Positions 62,861-64,000 of a DNA stretch of 64,000 nucleotides are shown here, piece after piece (within the stretch, counting starts at the first letter, position 1; the number at the start of each line of letters is the position of its first letter). Source of the stretch: Takakia lepidozioides (Eukaryota > Plantae > Bryophyta); contig CM060733.1 of assembly GCA_030704615.1 (NCBI GenBank), positions 9,238,001 through 9,302,000 of the forward strand, written 5' to 3'. Position numbers and translations under genes: made by a program. Under the pieces are notes generated by a model that worked only from the letters and a program-made list of their open reading frames with translations, had not been told where the DNA came from and made no database searches.

Positions 62861-64000
62861 GTTTGTTATTTCATTTTTTGTTTGTAATATAGTGCATTTG
62901 TAATCAGATTTAGGCCTAGTAATTCTTTGTTTACTGTGTACTATACTATTTTTTTATGCTTTGTGACAATCTGATCATCACTATTGATATTATTGTAATC
63001 TGGTCAGAATTATGTTTTGTAATCTGGTCGTTTATTTTCTATAATCTGATCAGATTTCATACAATATTGTGGTCATCAATTGTTCATGATGTTTGCAATT
63101 TGGTCACTCGTTGAATTTTGATGTAGTATTTATGGGGATGGTACATGTTTGCAAGTAGGGTGACGATGTTTGATGGTGCTCTATGTTTCCGAACTGGTGC
63201 TACAGCCGTCAAACACTTGTTTTGCAAGCTCGAGTCCCCCACCGGTAAAACTTGGACTATTGTTGAGGCTGTTGTCAAAACACTATCTCATGTTATCACC
63301 AATTAACCCTATTTTAATCAATTCTGGACTTTTGGCTTAAATCCGGACTAAACTTAATATATATTTGTATTAAATTTAATTGAAATATTAATAATATCAT
63401 GGTGTAATGTGTGATTGAACTTTGTGAAATTTCAGGTGATGTTATACTTGTTTCAAAATGTGTCATAGAAGAGGTCCATTTGACATTGAAGTGCTCAATG
63501 TGAAGTAGTAGTATTGAACAATTCATTGAACGTCCACTTGGAAGTCGAATAAAGTAATATTCCATTGCAGGTCATCATGATAAACAAATGGGTCGCATCG
63601 AACATGGGCCAAACTCGTACTGTACCATACTCGATACAACTTGCTAGTAATTTTATTGATTGAATCTTCATATGAAGCACAATGTTCACATACCACGCCA
63701 TTGGAATGAATCATGTTTTGGATGTGACAAGGGCAGTAAAATATTAGAATAGCATGAAACATTCGGAAGATGTACTAGGTTTGGGGTGTAACTAGATAGA
63801 AGTGTAATAAGGTTTGGGTTTACAGTAAGGGTAAGGGTTTAGGGTTTGGATTTAGGGTACAAAAAGACAAACAAATATGATGGACTCACACTCAGTAGAA
63901 TTAAGAAATGGTTGAGGAATTTGATATCCTTGTAATCATTCTATCATACCTTATCCAACAAAAGAAAATATTAAAAGAGCATGAAACATTGAGAAGATGT

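Noticed and set aside
63825-63860. Telomere
   Set aside because: Only a few degenerate TTTAGGG-like units, internal to the window.

Overview
Eukaryotic nuclear DNA from a land plant. A bryophyte, probably a moss, is inferred from the gene set, GT-AG introns and the style of the hAT, Harbinger and MULE relics. Host genes: two convergent At4g08455-type BTB/POZ genes, a 4-exon GT14 beta-glucuronosyltransferase, an intronless ESCRT-III CHMP1/VPS46, a 3-exon hydroxyethylthiazole kinase (THIM), a free-standing group II intron maturase ORF and tRNA-Val(AAC). The rest is mostly decayed mobile DNA: PIF/Harbinger, hAT, MULE, two LINE types, tRNA-derived SINEs and several MITEs. Most notable is a six-exon, uninterrupted Crypton/DUF3504-type tyrosine-recombinase-like gene (19407-21773, minus strand) whose catalytic residues appear substituted. 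It lies about 430 bp upstream of a same-strand BTB gene with no ATG in its first visible exon, so a KCTD1-like DUF3504-BTB fusion is possible. Also notable: a ~90-bp highly structured retroposon with three TSD-flanked copies, an array of 30-bp palindromes, and a chromodomain plus PCIF1-like retroelement relic. All family calls come from motif recognition by eye; no database search was run.
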